Positions 21,675 through 32,664 of a stretch of DNA of 64,000 nucleotides are shown in pieces. The DNA is from Candidatus Methanoperedenaceae archaeon (lineage in GTDB: Archaea; Halobacteriota; Methanosarcinia; Methanosarcinales; Methanoperedenaceae). A program made the translations under genes and the position numbers. Under the pieces are notes generated by a model. It saw nothing but the letters and a program-made list of their open reading frames with translations, searched no databases and had not been told where the DNA came from. Each line of letters begins with the position of its first letter. Within the stretch, counting starts at the first letter, position 1. The stretch covers positions 39,360 through 103,359 of the forward strand of contig CAVWCX010000033.1 in assembly GCA_963753595.1 (NCBI GenBank), read 5' to 3'.

Positions 21675-22037
21675 AATGGTTATCAATTAATTTGCTTTCA
21701 TCGGTTCCCCAATGCAATTCAGGTATGGTTTATTCATCAAAGTTGTGAAGCGTGAGGACACACACTAAATGTCCATCAAAGCTCCATGTAAAGAATCGTC
21801 AAATGAGAGGATATGGTTATGAGACAGCAATTGGTGCAAAGAATAATTAGATGCTGCAAAACACTTCGGATTCTTCCCACACTCACATAAATCCATATAA
21901 TTTATACGATCAGGCTCAGCTCATGATTATGGGCAACTTTACCAAATGTTCGATTTCCAGAATACTTGAAATTAATAAAAAGAGAGAAAGTCATACCATG
22001 GGATTTTTTTCTCTATGATATGACATTCATTAACTAG

Positions 22038-23132
22038 TTATTTTGTTGTTTTGATTGCCTTTCCTGTGGCATGGCAGTCCGAACAGAATTTCGGCTGGTG
22101 ACAATCGCTGCAGACTTTACCTATTAGAACCTGTGACTTATGAGTATTCAACCAATCGGCTGGATGGTCGCTCTTATGACAATTGGCACATAGGTTTTCC
22201 TTTATCCTGGGTGCATGTTGTACATCAGAATGACAGTTATAACAGGCGATCTTATTATTTGTTACATGATTTGTATGTACAAAATTGAAATCGTCATATT
22301 TCTCTATCCTTTCCGATTTATAATGGCACGAATTGCATTTGTCTTTAGGAACAATGTCATTTGCACCCTTTGATATATCTGTATGGCATGTAAGGCAATC
22401 CCCTCCGCGGTTAAGATGGCTTGTATGATCAAAGTTTGTATAATTCCTGGGCGTTTCTTTTGGAGGACCGTGGCATGATGGACACCCCGAAATAGAATTA
22501 TTTTCAGGAACATCCCTGAAATGGCAGGTAAAACAGGTTGAAGTTGTAACTACGATATGCCCTTTTTCCTTCTGTTCCATATTTGGATGACATTGGACAC
22601 ATGTTGGATCTGATACAGATTGATGTTCTTTCATTCCAATAACAAGCATTGAATGACAGCTTGTACACGTTAGACCTATACCTCTGTTTTGTTTTAACAA
22701 ATGGTTCTTATGACTGAAGTTTACTCCTGTGAATGGAACATCCGTTGAAAAAATACGATCTTGATGACATATAAGGCAGTTTTTATCCATGACCTTAGCA
22801 TATAAATTGCCAGAATATTCCTCAACGGTTGTCTCATAACTATAAAATTGCATAAGACCATTTATTTTCCCTTTTATATGACCTATTACACCCGGTTCAT
22901 AATGACATTCTACACATTTTACTGTTGTGTGTGATGAGGATCTCCATGAATCATAATATGGTCTCATTATATGGCAATTCTTACCGCAAAAAGCCGGATT
23001 TTCAGTGATCTCTAACATTTTCACTGAAATTACCAAAGTAATCGAAAGCAAGACGATCAATACAATGATAATAGGAAGTTTATATTTGGAAATCCTGTGC
23101 TTAATAACATCTATAAGTGATATTTTATCCAT
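22038..23132 (-). CDS. Membrane-anchored multiheme cytochrome c with NapC/NirT-like N-terminus (12 CxxCH + 1 CX3CH)
   Basis: N-terminal TM, then FCGKNCHIM..YY.SW..SSH..V.CVECH and 11 further CxxCH motifs. Confidence 0.93.
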   Translation of the reverse strand: MDKISLIDVIKHRISKYKLPIIIVLIVLLSITLVISVKMLEITENPAFCGKNCHIMRPYYDSWRSSSHTTVKCVECHYEPGVIGHIKGKINGLMQFYSYETTVEEYSGNLYAKVMDKNCLICHQDRIFSTDVPFTGVNFSHKNHLLKQNRGIGLTCTSCHSMLVIGMKEHQSVSDPTCVQCHPNMEQKEKGHIVVTTSTCFTCHFRDVPENNSISGCPSCHGPPKETPRNYTNFDHTSHLNRGGDCLTCHTDISKGANDIVPKDKCNSCHYKSERIEKYDDFNFVHTNHVTNNKIACYNCHSDVQHAPRIKENLCANCHKSDHPADWLNTHKSQVLIGKVCSDCHQPKFCSDCHATGKAIKTTK

Positions 23133-23144
23133 TTGAGAATCCCC

Positions 23145-24119
23145 TCACTGTTTTTTAATAAGATATAATATAGCGAATATTCCCATGACCGGAACTATTC
23201 CTATTCCAGGGACAGAAGGAACTGTTTGTTCAGCTTCAACTGATTTACCCTGGGCTTTATTGGCCGAATCTATCCCTACCTGGATTTGAGTGTCAAAATC
23301 ATTTAGATTAAAACTATGCCATAATGATGGGACATCATTCATCACTGATATTGCTTTATCAAGGTCATTTTGAGCCGAAGTTACATCTTTTCCTTTTGCC
23401 TTTGCTTCAGAGATAGAACTCCTCGCTATCCTGATTTCTTCCTTTAATTCATCCGCTTTCTCAAGCGCAATTTTTGCATCCCTGGGGACATTCGCAGATG
23501 CAATCTGGTCTTTTTGATTATGACAAACACTGCATAGTGTAGTAATTTCAGATGCCTTCAATACTTTAAAGCTGTGAGGTTGATGACAATTGACACATGA
23601 TGGAGCACGTTTTTCAGCACTTAATCTTTGATAGTGCATAGTATTTTTAAAATGCTCTAATTCCGTTGAATGGCATTTTCCACATGTTTCAGGAATATTC
23701 TTATAATAAATCGGACTTTCCGGATCAGTAATATTCTTCATGGGAGAATGAGCTCCTGCTTCAGTATTTACATCCGGATTGCCGCCATGACATGCATCAC
23801 AGGTCACATAATAACTTGAATGACCTGAATCAAACCACTGCTGGAAATTATCAGAAGCTTTTTTCCTTATAATGTCTTCATGACATTCAAGTGAACATGA
23901 TATATTCCTATCTGTATGATTGGATCTGATGTCGTTGAATCTTATTTGCTCATCCGTAAAAGGCGATAAACTCTTATGACAATTTATGCACGAATTATTA
24001 AAGGCCTCTAAATTGGCCGCACCGGAGGGAGCAACCAGGAAAAAGAAGGCAATTAATACTAAACAAGCAAATCTAAAACTATACATGTAAGAATTTGGTT
24101 TTTTATCTTTTGAAGACAT
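23145..24119 (-). CDS. Multiheme cytochrome c (5 CxxCH + CSLECH) with coiled coil and PGF-CTERM-like anchor
   Basis: CINCH, CDACH, CGKCH, CVNCH and CSVCH. C-terminus VPGIG-hydrophobic-KKQ. Paralog of 26852-27835. Confidence 0.92.
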   Translation of the reverse strand: MSSKDKKPNSYMYSFRFACLVLIAFFFLVAPSGAANLEAFNNSCINCHKSLSPFTDEQIRFNDIRSNHTDRNISCSLECHEDIIRKKASDNFQQWFDSGHSSYYVTCDACHGGNPDVNTEAGAHSPMKNITDPESPIYYKNIPETCGKCHSTELEHFKNTMHYQRLSAEKRAPSCVNCHQPHSFKVLKASEITTLCSVCHNQKDQIASANVPRDAKIALEKADELKEEIRIARSSISEAKAKGKDVTSAQNDLDKAISVMNDVPSLWHSFNLNDFDTQIQVGIDSANKAQGKSVEAEQTVPSVPGIGIVPVMGIFAILYLIKKQ

Positions 24120-24359
24120 TTTTCCTTTTCACCGTTCGTTATTTATGATTTAATATACTATATTTTAAATGCCAGAACTATGTACCCGTTTTTTTATTCT
24201 GTCTATGATGTGATGATTCCCTACAATAAAAAGTTTGCTATTAATTTCACTAATGCATCCGGTATAAAAAATAGGTTTTGTGATATATATTTATAAAAAA
24301 TATGGGGACACAGAGTTCTTTTTTTATAAGTCTCTGTGCCACCTACAGGCTTTAATACT

Positions 24360-25538
24360 TCAGTTATGCTCAGGTGCTTCTTCGTCCATATCTTTCCACG
24401 GAGGCAGGATAGAAGTAACAACCAACAGGATAATGAACGGAAGTATAAATATTATTATTGCAGGTAAAACTCCTTCCTGACTAAAGAAAACAGGAACATA
24501 AGTGAGTGTTCCAACCAGACTTTTTGATATTTCCTGGCCTCCTATCACTACATTCCATCTCATTGCAAATACGCCTATTACGACAAAAATGGATGAAACA
24601 GAAATCATTATCAATTTCAGCGTATCTCGGTTCTTGATCAAACTGACCATGAGCAATAGAATAAATGGTATTAAAATCCCAAGCGTCAGTTGAACACCCC
24701 AGAAAGTAAAGGCAATTTTATCCGAAAGGAGCCTGTTAATAATATCGATATCTTCACGTGATGCGTATTTCATGCTTATTATCTCAAGCAATTCTAGTGT
24801 CACATCAAGGATCAGGAAAATCCAGAGGTAATGTGCAAGTGAATGGAGACATTTATGGTCAATAGCATGTTTTCTTATTTTCATTGCCGCTATATACAGT
24901 AATATTAAAAGTGCTATCCCTGATACTATAGCCGACATAAGGAATATAATGGGCATCAGTGGAGTTGACCACCATGGATTTGCCTTGATACCGCCAAATA
25001 TGAAGCCCACATACCCGTGCAGGAATGCTGCTGACGGAATACCGATTATTGCAAGTTTCTTAGCAAATTTTTCATCATCATGCAATGCTTTTTCTGAAAT
25101 ATCAAATGAAAACAGCGCAAGGGTTGAATATAATAATTCTTTCCATCCATGTGAACTTAGAGCTTTTTTGACAATATCTTCCCTGAATGAAAGCCATATC
25201 TCAAGCACTACAATGGTAAGATAGAATGAAAATATGTAGCCAAAACCCGACATCGCGGATGTTAGATGAGGCGTGAACATTATCTCAATACCGCGCTCAG
25301 GACGTCCCAGATGAACAAGTAAAGGCATCATTGCAACTAGCAGGAATGACAATGCTGTAAGGAGAGCAAATCTTGCTACAGGTTTGATCTCTTTTTTTCC
25401 AAAAACATGGTATAATGATGATGCAATGAAAGCGCCCGCCACAAGACCCGTAATATAAGGATACAATACGATTAATATACTCCATTGTATTTCAGATTCA
25501 TTGGGATAAACATAACCCCATATCAGATTCTCTAACAT
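24360..25538 (-). CDS. nrfD: NrfD/PsrC-family quinol-interacting membrane subunit
   Basis: YPYITGLVAG, HLGRPER, HGYVGFIF and RWNVVIGGQ motifs, with many TM helices. Confidence 0.92.
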   Translation of the reverse strand: MLENLIWGYVYPNESEIQWSILIVLYPYITGLVAGAFIASSLYHVFGKKEIKPVARFALLTALSFLLVAMMPLLVHLGRPERGIEIMFTPHLTSAMSGFGYIFSFYLTIVVLEIWLSFREDIVKKALSSHGWKELLYSTLALFSFDISEKALHDDEKFAKKLAIIGIPSAAFLHGYVGFIFGGIKANPWWSTPLMPIIFLMSAIVSGIALLILLYIAAMKIRKHAIDHKCLHSLAHYLWIFLILDVTLELLEIISMKYASREDIDIINRLLSDKIAFTFWGVQLTLGILIPFILLLMVSLIKNRDTLKLIMISVSSIFVVIGVFAMRWNVVIGGQEISKSLVGTLTYVPVFFSQEGVLPAIIIFILPFIILLVVTSILPPWKDMDEEAPEHN

Positions 25539-26338
25539 TATTTCACTTCCCGGTCTAAACCGATGTAGAACACCTTGGGTTTTGTACCAAGATCGGGTTT
25601 AAGAAGATTGATCCTTTCTTCGTCAATTATTTTATTCACTTCACTATTTTTATCCTTCAGGTCTCCGAATTTCCGTGCCCCTGTAGGACAGGCCTGAACA
25701 CATGCAGGCAATAAACCTTTAGTGATCCTGTGATAACACCATGTGCATTTATCTGCTGTCCCCTTCTCAGTATTAAAGTATCTTGCACCATAAGGACATC
25801 CCTGTATACAATATCTGCAACCTATGCAATACTCATAATCCACGAGGATAACACCATCTTTTGTCTCATACGTTGCGCCTACCGGACAAACCTGTACGCA
25901 GGGAGCATTGTCACAATGATTGCATAATTTTGGCACATAATATGCCTTTTTGAGCTCTTCTTCAGGTATGTCATCCTCAAATCCTTCGATCCCACCATCC
26001 GGTGAATCAATGACAACTTCTTCCTCTCTTGTTTCCAATGATGTTTTTTTTACCCGGTATCTTTCAATCCAGGTTCTGTAAACTTCTTCACCATCTTCCT
26101 TAAAAGGTACGTGATTTTCCCTTTTACATGCATATGCACACCTTCCGCAACCTATGCATTTGCGTGTGTCCACAACATAACCCCAGAAGTGTTCCTCCCA
26201 ATCATATCCGCCTTTAGCAGGAGAGTTTTCCGCTGCAATGCTGTTTGTAATAAGGGATTCTACAATTGTAGTCCCGGCAGTCGCGCCTATAATAACTCTA
26301 CATCCGATCTTTGTAAATTCTCGCCTTGATATATCCAT
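25538..26338 (-). CDS. nrfC: Tat-exported 4Fe-4S ferredoxin subunit (NrfC/PsrB-like)
   Basis: SRREF Tat motif, with CIGCGRC, CNHCDNAPCVQVCP, CIGCRYC..GCP and KCTWC..PACV..CP. Confidence 0.92.
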   Translation of the reverse strand: MDISRREFTKIGCRVIIGATAGTTIVESLITNSIAAENSPAKGGYDWEEHFWGYVVDTRKCIGCGRCAYACKRENHVPFKEDGEEVYRTWIERYRVKKTSLETREEEVVIDSPDGGIEGFEDDIPEEELKKAYYVPKLCNHCDNAPCVQVCPVGATYETKDGVILVDYEYCIGCRYCIQGCPYGARYFNTEKGTADKCTWCYHRITKGLLPACVQACPTGARKFGDLKDKNSEVNKIIDEERINLLKPDLGTKPKVFYIGLDREVK

Positions 26339-26353
26339 AATTATGCCTCCTTT

Positions 26354-26803
26354 TTATACAAACCACGGCTTATGGGGATTATGACAATACACACATCTTA
26401 GATCCTGGCCATGTGTCTCTGGATCGATCTGCGGGAACTGTTCTGGTCTTGCTATTCTCTTGAAGTGGCATTTACCGCAATATTCTCGAGTATCATTAGC
26501 AGGTGTTAAAGTTACTCTTGTATTAAGAACATGTTTTTCCGCCGGGCCATGACATGTTTCACAATTTACGGTCTTATGCCTGTCCTTCACCCAGACCGAA
26601 TATATTATTTTATGGCAATTCTCTTCACCGCAACTTGTCGAACCGGCATAATTTACAGTAAGGTTCCTGAGTTCATTTACAGAATCTCCCCTGTACCATC
26701 CATATTGTCCGAATGATTCAGGGACAACTAAGGACCTTACGAGAATAAAAGCAATTATTATAAGAGCTAATAATGTGAACGCTCTTTTTAAATGTGGCTG
26801 CAT
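26354..26803 (-). CDS. Small membrane-anchored multiheme cytochrome c (3 CxxCH + CX4CH)
   Basis: CGEENCH, CETCH, CGKCH and CVYCH, with an N-terminal TM. Confidence 0.9.
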   Translation of the reverse strand: MQPHLKRAFTLLALIIIAFILVRSLVVPESFGQYGWYRGDSVNELRNLTVNYAGSTSCGEENCHKIIYSVWVKDRHKTVNCETCHGPAEKHVLNTRVTLTPANDTREYCGKCHFKRIARPEQFPQIDPETHGQDLRCVYCHNPHKPWFV

Positions 26804-26851
26804 TGCTTATCACCTTTCTTTAATTGGAAATCGTTTCATAATTGCTGGCCT

Positions 26852-27835
26852 TTATTTCTTCCTCAGAATATAGAACACAGCTATTAGTGAAATTAATCCC
26901 ATCAAAGATATGAATCCAGGCACTTCCTGTGATGTTGTTTTGGTTGGTTCAGGAGTGGGATTAAGAAGATTTTGTGCATTTTTTACGTCCAGATTTGCAG
27001 AATCTATTTGTGCCTCAAAATGCGTAAGATTGAATTCATGCCACATTGGAGCAAGATCTGCAAGCGTTTTTAAGGCATTATCTGTGTATTTTTCTGCCTG
27101 TCCTACATCCGTTCCGTTCTTTTTTGCCCAGAAAATATCCTCCCTCGCATTATCTATATTGAATTTTAATTTATTTACTCTTCTTAGCAAATCCTCAGCC
27201 TTAAGCGGTATATCGTAAGGAGCTACTTTCTTATAAACAGAATGACAGTTTCCGCAGGAATTCCTGAAATCTTCAGGATTCGGTTTCCCAAAAATATGCG
27301 GATTATGGCAAGTTGTGCATGTTGGGGCAAGTTTTAATGATTCAAGCTTCTGATAATGCGTACTGTTCTCAAAATTATCAAGTTCCCCGGGATGGCATTT
27401 GCCGCAGGTCTTTGGAACATTGGTATAATAAACAGGGCTTTGCGGATCTGTATTGTTCTTGAAATTAACGTGTGCTTTTTCTTTGGTTGCCTGTTTTATA
27501 TCTCCGCCATGGCATGCTTCACATGTAACTCCTTTTACAGCATGAAGCGATTCCTGCCATTGCTGGTAATTGGCGGTCGCAAGCTGTCTGATCCTGTCTT
27601 CATGGCATTCAAGCGAACATCCGGCATTTCTTTCAAGATGCTGGATCCTTATCTGGTTGAACCGCATTTGCTCTTCGATAAAAGGGGTCAACGTTTTATG
27701 GCAATCGATACATGAGTTTTCAGATGCATTTACTTCAGGAAGAAATACTAAAATTCCTGCTAAAAATAATAATACAATTAAGATTTTATTAAATAATACT
27801 ATTCGCATTTTATTCATACCTTCCGTTTTGTCCAA
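26852..27835 (-). CDS. Multiheme cytochrome c (5 CxxCH + CSLECH) with PGF-CTERM anchor
   Basis: CIDCH, CEACH, CGKCH, CTTCH and CGNCH. Thr/Pro linker followed by VPGF-hydrophobic-RKK. Confidence 0.93.
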   Translation of the reverse strand: MDKTEGMNKMRIVLFNKILIVLLFLAGILVFLPEVNASENSCIDCHKTLTPFIEEQMRFNQIRIQHLERNAGCSLECHEDRIRQLATANYQQWQESLHAVKGVTCEACHGGDIKQATKEKAHVNFKNNTDPQSPVYYTNVPKTCGKCHPGELDNFENSTHYQKLESLKLAPTCTTCHNPHIFGKPNPEDFRNSCGNCHSVYKKVAPYDIPLKAEDLLRRVNKLKFNIDNAREDIFWAKKNGTDVGQAEKYTDNALKTLADLAPMWHEFNLTHFEAQIDSANLDVKNAQNLLNPTPEPTKTTSQEVPGFISLMGLISLIAVFYILRKK

Positions 27836-28093
27836 CTACTTTTTAATTTATACCGTTTTAATTTATATCGTTTTAAATCTATCGTTTTTTCTAATTTCAC
27901 CTAACCCGTTATTTCGGTATTTATATCTTTTGGTTTTAACCGAAATCATGGATTTTTAATATTACACAAATATGTATAGTAGGCTTTTTTCAAAAACTTA
28001 CTGCAAAGAACGCAAAGGTTATGATAATCGTCCTAAAAAAAAATCAAAACTGGAACTTGAATATCATTATAAATATCCAAATCCAATATATTT

Positions 28094-29122
28094 TTAAAGT
28101 TTCCCTTTCTTCCTGAGAAGCTCAGCATTCAGGACACTTGCACCTGCTGCGCCTCTTATAGTATTGTGGCCCATACAGATGTATCGTATGCCGGGGCGTA
28201 TTCGTCCCACCGAAACTGTCATGCCGCCTCCGATATTCCGGTCCATGCGCGGCTGTGGCCTGTCTTTTTCTTCCTTTACTTCGATCACTGGTGTAGGTTC
28301 TGTTGGCAATTCGGATAATCCGGGATCAAAATCCAGGAAAGCCTGTTTAACTTCATCAATTGAGGGATCATCTGCCATTTCCACCCACACAGCCTCAGTA
28401 TGGCCATCCATGACCATAACACGATTGCAGCTTGCGCTTACCTTGAATGGTGCATCAATTATCTCGCTGCCGTTAAATTCCCCCAGGAGTTTCTTTGTCT
28501 CGGTTTCGACCTTTTCCTCTTCCTGGCCGATATAAGGAATAACATTATCAAGGATCGCCATTGATGGAACCCCATCATAACCAGCACCTGATATCGCCTG
28601 CATGGATGCAAGATATATTTTTTCAATATTGAATTTCGCAAGCGGTTTCAGTGTAACAGCCATCATTATAGTCGTACAATTGGGATTTGTGACAACATAT
28701 CCGTCCCATTTGCGCTTATCCTGCTGGACATCGATCAGACCCAGATGCTGTGGATTTACTTCAGGGATGACCAGAGGAATATCTTTCTCCATCCGTAACG
28801 CGCTGGCATTACTTGCAACCACAAAACCCGCTTTTGCAAATTCAGGTTCAACAGTTTTGGCAAGGTCAGTAGGAAGAGCAGAAAAAACAATGTCTGCATC
28901 GACTTTCTTCGGATCAACAGGCACAACTGTCATATCACCGACGTCTTCGGGGATTTTACTGTCAAGCCTCCAGCTGGCGGCATTGCCATATTTTTTCCCC
29001 GCGCTTTTGTCGGAAGCCGCAAGAGAAGTTAATTCAAACCATGGATGTTTGCTCAACAGCTCTATAAATCGCTGGCCTACATTGCCTGTTGCTCCCAAAA
29101 CTCCTGCTTTTATTTTTTGCAT
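28094..29122 (-). CDS. asd: Aspartate-semialdehyde dehydrogenase
   Basis: [23 protein letters not shown] and HNTIRGAAG motifs. Confidence 0.97.
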   Translation of the reverse strand: MQKIKAGVLGATGNVGQRFIELLSKHPWFELTSLAASDKSAGKKYGNAASWRLDSKIPEDVGDMTVVPVDPKKVDADIVFSALPTDLAKTVEPEFAKAGFVVASNASALRMEKDIPLVIPEVNPQHLGLIDVQQDKRKWDGYVVTNPNCTTIMMAVTLKPLAKFNIEKIYLASMQAISGAGYDGVPSMAILDNVIPYIGQEEEKVETETKKLLGEFNGSEIIDAPFKVSASCNRVMVMDGHTEAVWVEMADDPSIDEVKQAFLDFDPGLSELPTEPTPVIEVKEEKDRPQPRMDRNIGGGMTVSVGRIRPGIRYICMGHNTIRGAAGASVLNAELLRKKGKL

Positions 29123-29178
29123 AGCTTTCCAGTTTTATTATTGTTTTTATTATTATTTCTTATTTATATCTTATTCAT

Positions 29179-29352
29179 TTATTCCATCGAAATAGCACTA
29201 TTCGGACAGGCATCAACACAACTGCCGCACTCAGTGCACTCTTCCTTGTCTACTTTTGCCTTATCATTTTTCAGTTCGATCGCCGTTGCAGGGCATTCAT
29301 CTACGCATATTCCACAACCGGTACATTCTTCATTGTTAACTTTTGCTGCCAT
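29179..29352 (-). CDS. fdx: 2x[4Fe-4S] ferredoxin, 57 aa (absent from the ORF track)
   Basis: Manual translation: [66 protein letters not shown] upstream. Confidence 0.95.
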   Translation of the reverse strand: MAAKVNNEECTGCGICVDECPATAIELKNDKAKVDKEECTECGSCVDACPNSAISME

Positions 29353-29498
29353 TTATGTCACCTTTTGCCTACCATTGAATACGTGAAATATAAACATAAC
29401 GGTTTAACTCAAATTAAATTGGTTTTACTTTTATAACAGTCCCAGATATTTGACTAAAATGAAAGTTAAATATACACCAAAGTCTTTTTAAGAGGTCT

Positions 29499-30644
29499 AT
29501 GCTAGCCCGCAGAACAGGTTATTTTGTCGAGTCGGTCATTCGTGACATGACGCGCCTTTCATTAAAACATAATGCAATTAATCTTGCACAGGGGTTTCCT
29601 GACTTTCCTGCCCCGCTTACGCTAAAACAAGCAGCATCCAATGCAATCCTTGAAGATTATAACCAGTATTCTATCACATGGGGTGCAAAAGACCTGCGGG
29701 ACGAGATATCACGTAAAGCAAGTGAATACAATCATATCGAAGCGGATCCTGATAGTGAGATCACCATGACTTGCGGCTCGACCGAAGCCATGATGGCATC
29801 AATGCTTGCTTTGATAAATGAAGGTGACGAAGCTGTAATATTTGAACCATTCTATGAGAACTATGGGCCGGATGCCGCTGTTTCAGGAGCTGTTCCAAGA
29901 TTTGTGCCACTTAATGATGATAACAGCATCAATGAAGATGCGCTTTATTCCGCATTCAATAGAAAGACGCGGGTTATAATCCTCAATACACCAAACAATC
30001 CCTGCGGAAAGGTTTTCACAAAAGGCGAGATGAAAATGATCGCTGACCTTTGTGTTGACAATGATGTCATTGCGGTTACCGATGAAATATATGAATATAT
30101 CCTGTACGATAATAGAAAGCATATCAGCATCGCTTCCCTTGACGATATGAAAGACAGGACAATAACGATAAGCGGATTCTCAAAGACGTACAGCGTCACA
30201 GGATGGCGTATCGGCTATGCACTTGCCCAAAAGGAACTGACATCTGCAATAAGAAAGGTGCATGATTTCCTCACGGTCGGAGCGCCTGCTCCGCTCCAGC
30301 ACGCATGCGTAACAGCACTGAAATATCCTGATTCTTATTATAAAGAGCTTGCAAGTATGTATGACGGAAAACGAAAGTTCCTCCATAGCGCTTTAATAAA
30401 AGCAGGATTCAAGTGCGATATGCCCGAAGGTGCATATTACATATTAGCTGACATACCCGAAGGCGTAAATATGGATGACATGGCTTTTGCAAAATACATG
30501 GTAAAGGAAATTGGTGTAGCTGCAGTTCCCGGAAGCAGTTTCTACAAGAGCGAAACAGGAAAACATAAACTACGCTTTACTTTTTCCAAAAAGGATGAGA
30601 CATTGCAAGAGGCAGCAAAAAGGCTTGCAGACTTGAATGTATAA
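29499..30644 (+). CDS. PLP-dependent aminotransferase class I/II
   Basis: INLAQGFPD, NTPNNPCG, DEIYE and SKTYSVTGWRIG motifs. Confidence 0.93.
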   Translation: MLARRTGYFVESVIRDMTRLSLKHNAINLAQGFPDFPAPLTLKQAASNAILEDYNQYSITWGAKDLRDEISRKASEYNHIEADPDSEITMTCGSTEAMMASMLALINEGDEAVIFEPFYENYGPDAAVSGAVPRFVPLNDDNSINEDALYSAFNRKTRVIILNTPNNPCGKVFTKGEMKMIADLCVDNDVIAVTDEIYEYILYDNRKHISIASLDDMKDRTITISGFSKTYSVTGWRIGYALAQKELTSAIRKVHDFLTVGAPAPLQHACVTALKYPDSYYKELASMYDGKRKFLHSALIKAGFKCDMPEGAYYILADIPEGVNMDDMAFAKYMVKEIGVAAVPGSSFYKSETGKHKLRFTFSKKDETLQEAAKRLADLNV

Positions 30645-30695
30645 AAAAACTTTTCGCAGCTTATTTATTTAAACACGAAAATCAAGTGATACATA

Positions 30696-31307
30696 ATGAA
30701 ACATGTAATCATCGACTATGGACTCGGTAACCTTCGAAGTATCGAGAAAGCCCTTCAATACGTTGGCGCAGAGGTTGAAATATCAAAAGATGCACACGTA
30801 ATAGATAAAGCCGATGCTCTCGTACTTCCTGGTGTAGGTGCATTTCGCGATGCTATGATGCATTTTTCAACGCTTGAACGCGTCGTGAAAGACGCAGTCG
30901 ATGAGGGAAAGCCGCTTCTTGGGATCTGTCTTGGAATGCAGATGCTGGCATCGGAAAGCGAAGAAGGAGGAATTCATCAGGGCATTGATATTATTCCGGC
31001 ACGCGTAACTCGTTTTCCCGCTTCTGAATTAAAAGTCCCGCACATGGGATGGAATTCTCTTATGATCAAGAAGGACATCCCCCTGCTAAAAGGGATTGAT
31101 AATGGTTCATTTGTCTATTTTGTGCATTCCTTCCATGTAAGTACTGATGAAAAGTATGAAGTTGCCATGTGTGACTATGGGCTTTCCTTCCCGGCAATTA
31201 TTGCCAATGAAGCGGGAAATGTGATCGGAACCCAGTTCCACCCTGAAAAAAGCGGTGAAACGGGACTTCGGATGCTTCGTAATTTTGTGGAGAATTATGG
31301 ACCTTGA
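30696..31307 (+). CDS. hisH: Imidazole glycerol phosphate synthase glutaminase subunit
   Basis: IDYGLGNLRS, LPGVGAF, GICLGMQ, PHMGWN and QFHPEKS motifs. Confidence 0.97.
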   Translation: MKHVIIDYGLGNLRSIEKALQYVGAEVEISKDAHVIDKADALVLPGVGAFRDAMMHFSTLERVVKDAVDEGKPLLGICLGMQMLASESEEGGIHQGIDIIPARVTRFPASELKVPHMGWNSLMIKKDIPLLKGIDNGSFVYFVHSFHVSTDEKYEVAMCDYGLSFPAIIANEAGNVIGTQFHPEKSGETGLRMLRNFVENYGP

Positions 31308-32631
31308 AGGATACGCAAAACGCGCTCTTGTGCGTGGAGATAAGTCATTAAAAGAGAAGCTTGCACAAAGGATCCTTGAAATAAAAAATATCTCACAAAA
31401 GCATGCCGAAGAAATAGCAAATGCAGTGATAGTCGAGGCCAAAGCTACCCTTGACCCGAAAGATGAAATCTTAAAACCAATATGTTCTGGCGTAACAATG
31501 GGAGATTTCGGTGTTGGCTCACGCGGTATGGGAGATTTCTATACGCATGAGAAGATAGCGGAAGTGATCGGAAAGACTTCTGCTGTTGTTGATTCCTCTC
31601 ATCTTGACGATTCCGGGGTTGTCCGGGCCGGTGGGCAGTATCTTGTTGTCACGATCGATGGGATGCATTCGCGCCTTTCGGATTTTCCTTTCCTCGCAGG
31701 ATTCCATGTCGCCCGTGCGGCGCTTCGTGATATATATGTTATGGGCGCGCGTCCTGTGGCGATGCTTTCAGACATACATGTGGCAGATGACGGGGACGTG
31801 GCAAAGATCTTTGACCATATCGCCGGGATTACTACTGTTTCAGAACTGACAGGCATTCCTCTTATTACAGGCAGCACGCTAAGGATAGGAGGGGACATGG
31901 TGATCGGAGAACGGATGACCGGCGGGGTTGGCGCGGTCGGTACGGCAGAGAACCTCACTGCACGCATCCAGGCAAAACCTGGAGATATCATTATTATGAC
32001 AGAAGGGGCGGGGGGAGGTACCATTTCTACGACTGCGCTTTATTACAGGATGCATGAGCTTGTGGATGAAACTATAAACCTCAAGTTCATAGACGCCTGC
32101 GAGGCACTCTTTGATGCAGGATTGGTTGAAAAAATACATGCGATGACTGATGTAACAAACGGCGGGGTGCGCGGGGATGCAAAAGAGATAGCAAGAACAG
32201 CGCATGTCAAACTCATATTCGAGGAAGAGAAATTACGTGCCCTTGTGAATAAAAAAGTACTTTCGATGCTTGACAAGCTTGAGATAGATTATCTTGGGGT
32301 TTCGCTTGATGCTCTTTTAATAATTGCACCGCCTGAGTATGCTGATAATATCCTGGAATGTATTCGGCGAAAAGGTGTTGCTATTGATATTGTCGGAAAA
32401 GTGGTAGGTGGGGAAGGTGCGGAATTGATAATCGAAGGTGAATCACGGGATTTCACACCTCGCTTCCGGGAATCTGCATATACGCCAATAAAGAAGCTGG
32501 TTGGTGAGAAGACACCAAAGAATTTTGATGTGATGAAGACAGCAGTGGACGAGGCTGCGGCAAAGGCCATTGCGAAGAAGAAACGTGTTGTGGAAATGCT
32601 GGGCAGTAAGAATACTGACGTAAATTATTAA
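31297..32631 (+). CDS. AIR synthase/HypE/ThiL-related protein
   Basis: DDSGV, DIYVMGARP and HAMTDVTNGG PurM-fold motifs. The ATG overlaps the end of hisH. Confidence 0.85.
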   Translation: MDLEGYAKRALVRGDKSLKEKLAQRILEIKNISQKHAEEIANAVIVEAKATLDPKDEILKPICSGVTMGDFGVGSRGMGDFYTHEKIAEVIGKTSAVVDSSHLDDSGVVRAGGQYLVVTIDGMHSRLSDFPFLAGFHVARAALRDIYVMGARPVAMLSDIHVADDGDVAKIFDHIAGITTVSELTGIPLITGSTLRIGGDMVIGERMTGGVGAVGTAENLTARIQAKPGDIIIMTEGAGGGTISTTALYYRMHELVDETINLKFIDACEALFDAGLVEKIHAMTDVTNGGVRGDAKEIARTAHVKLIFEEEKLRALVNKKVLSMLDKLEIDYLGVSLDALLIIAPPEYADNILECIRRKGVAIDIVGKVVGGEGAELIIEGESRDFTPRFRESAYTPIKKLVGEKTPKNFDVMKTAVDEAAAKAIAKKKRVVEMLGSKNTDVNY

Positions 32632-32664
32632 AAGTATTAATATAAATTAAATATGTTTTTTTGG

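Noticed and set aside
21680-21950. Possible decayed cytochrome fragment on the minus strand (LCTNC..., SFDDSLHG)
   Set aside because: There is no complete CxxCH, the frames are inconsistent and there are several stops, so it is too weak to call.
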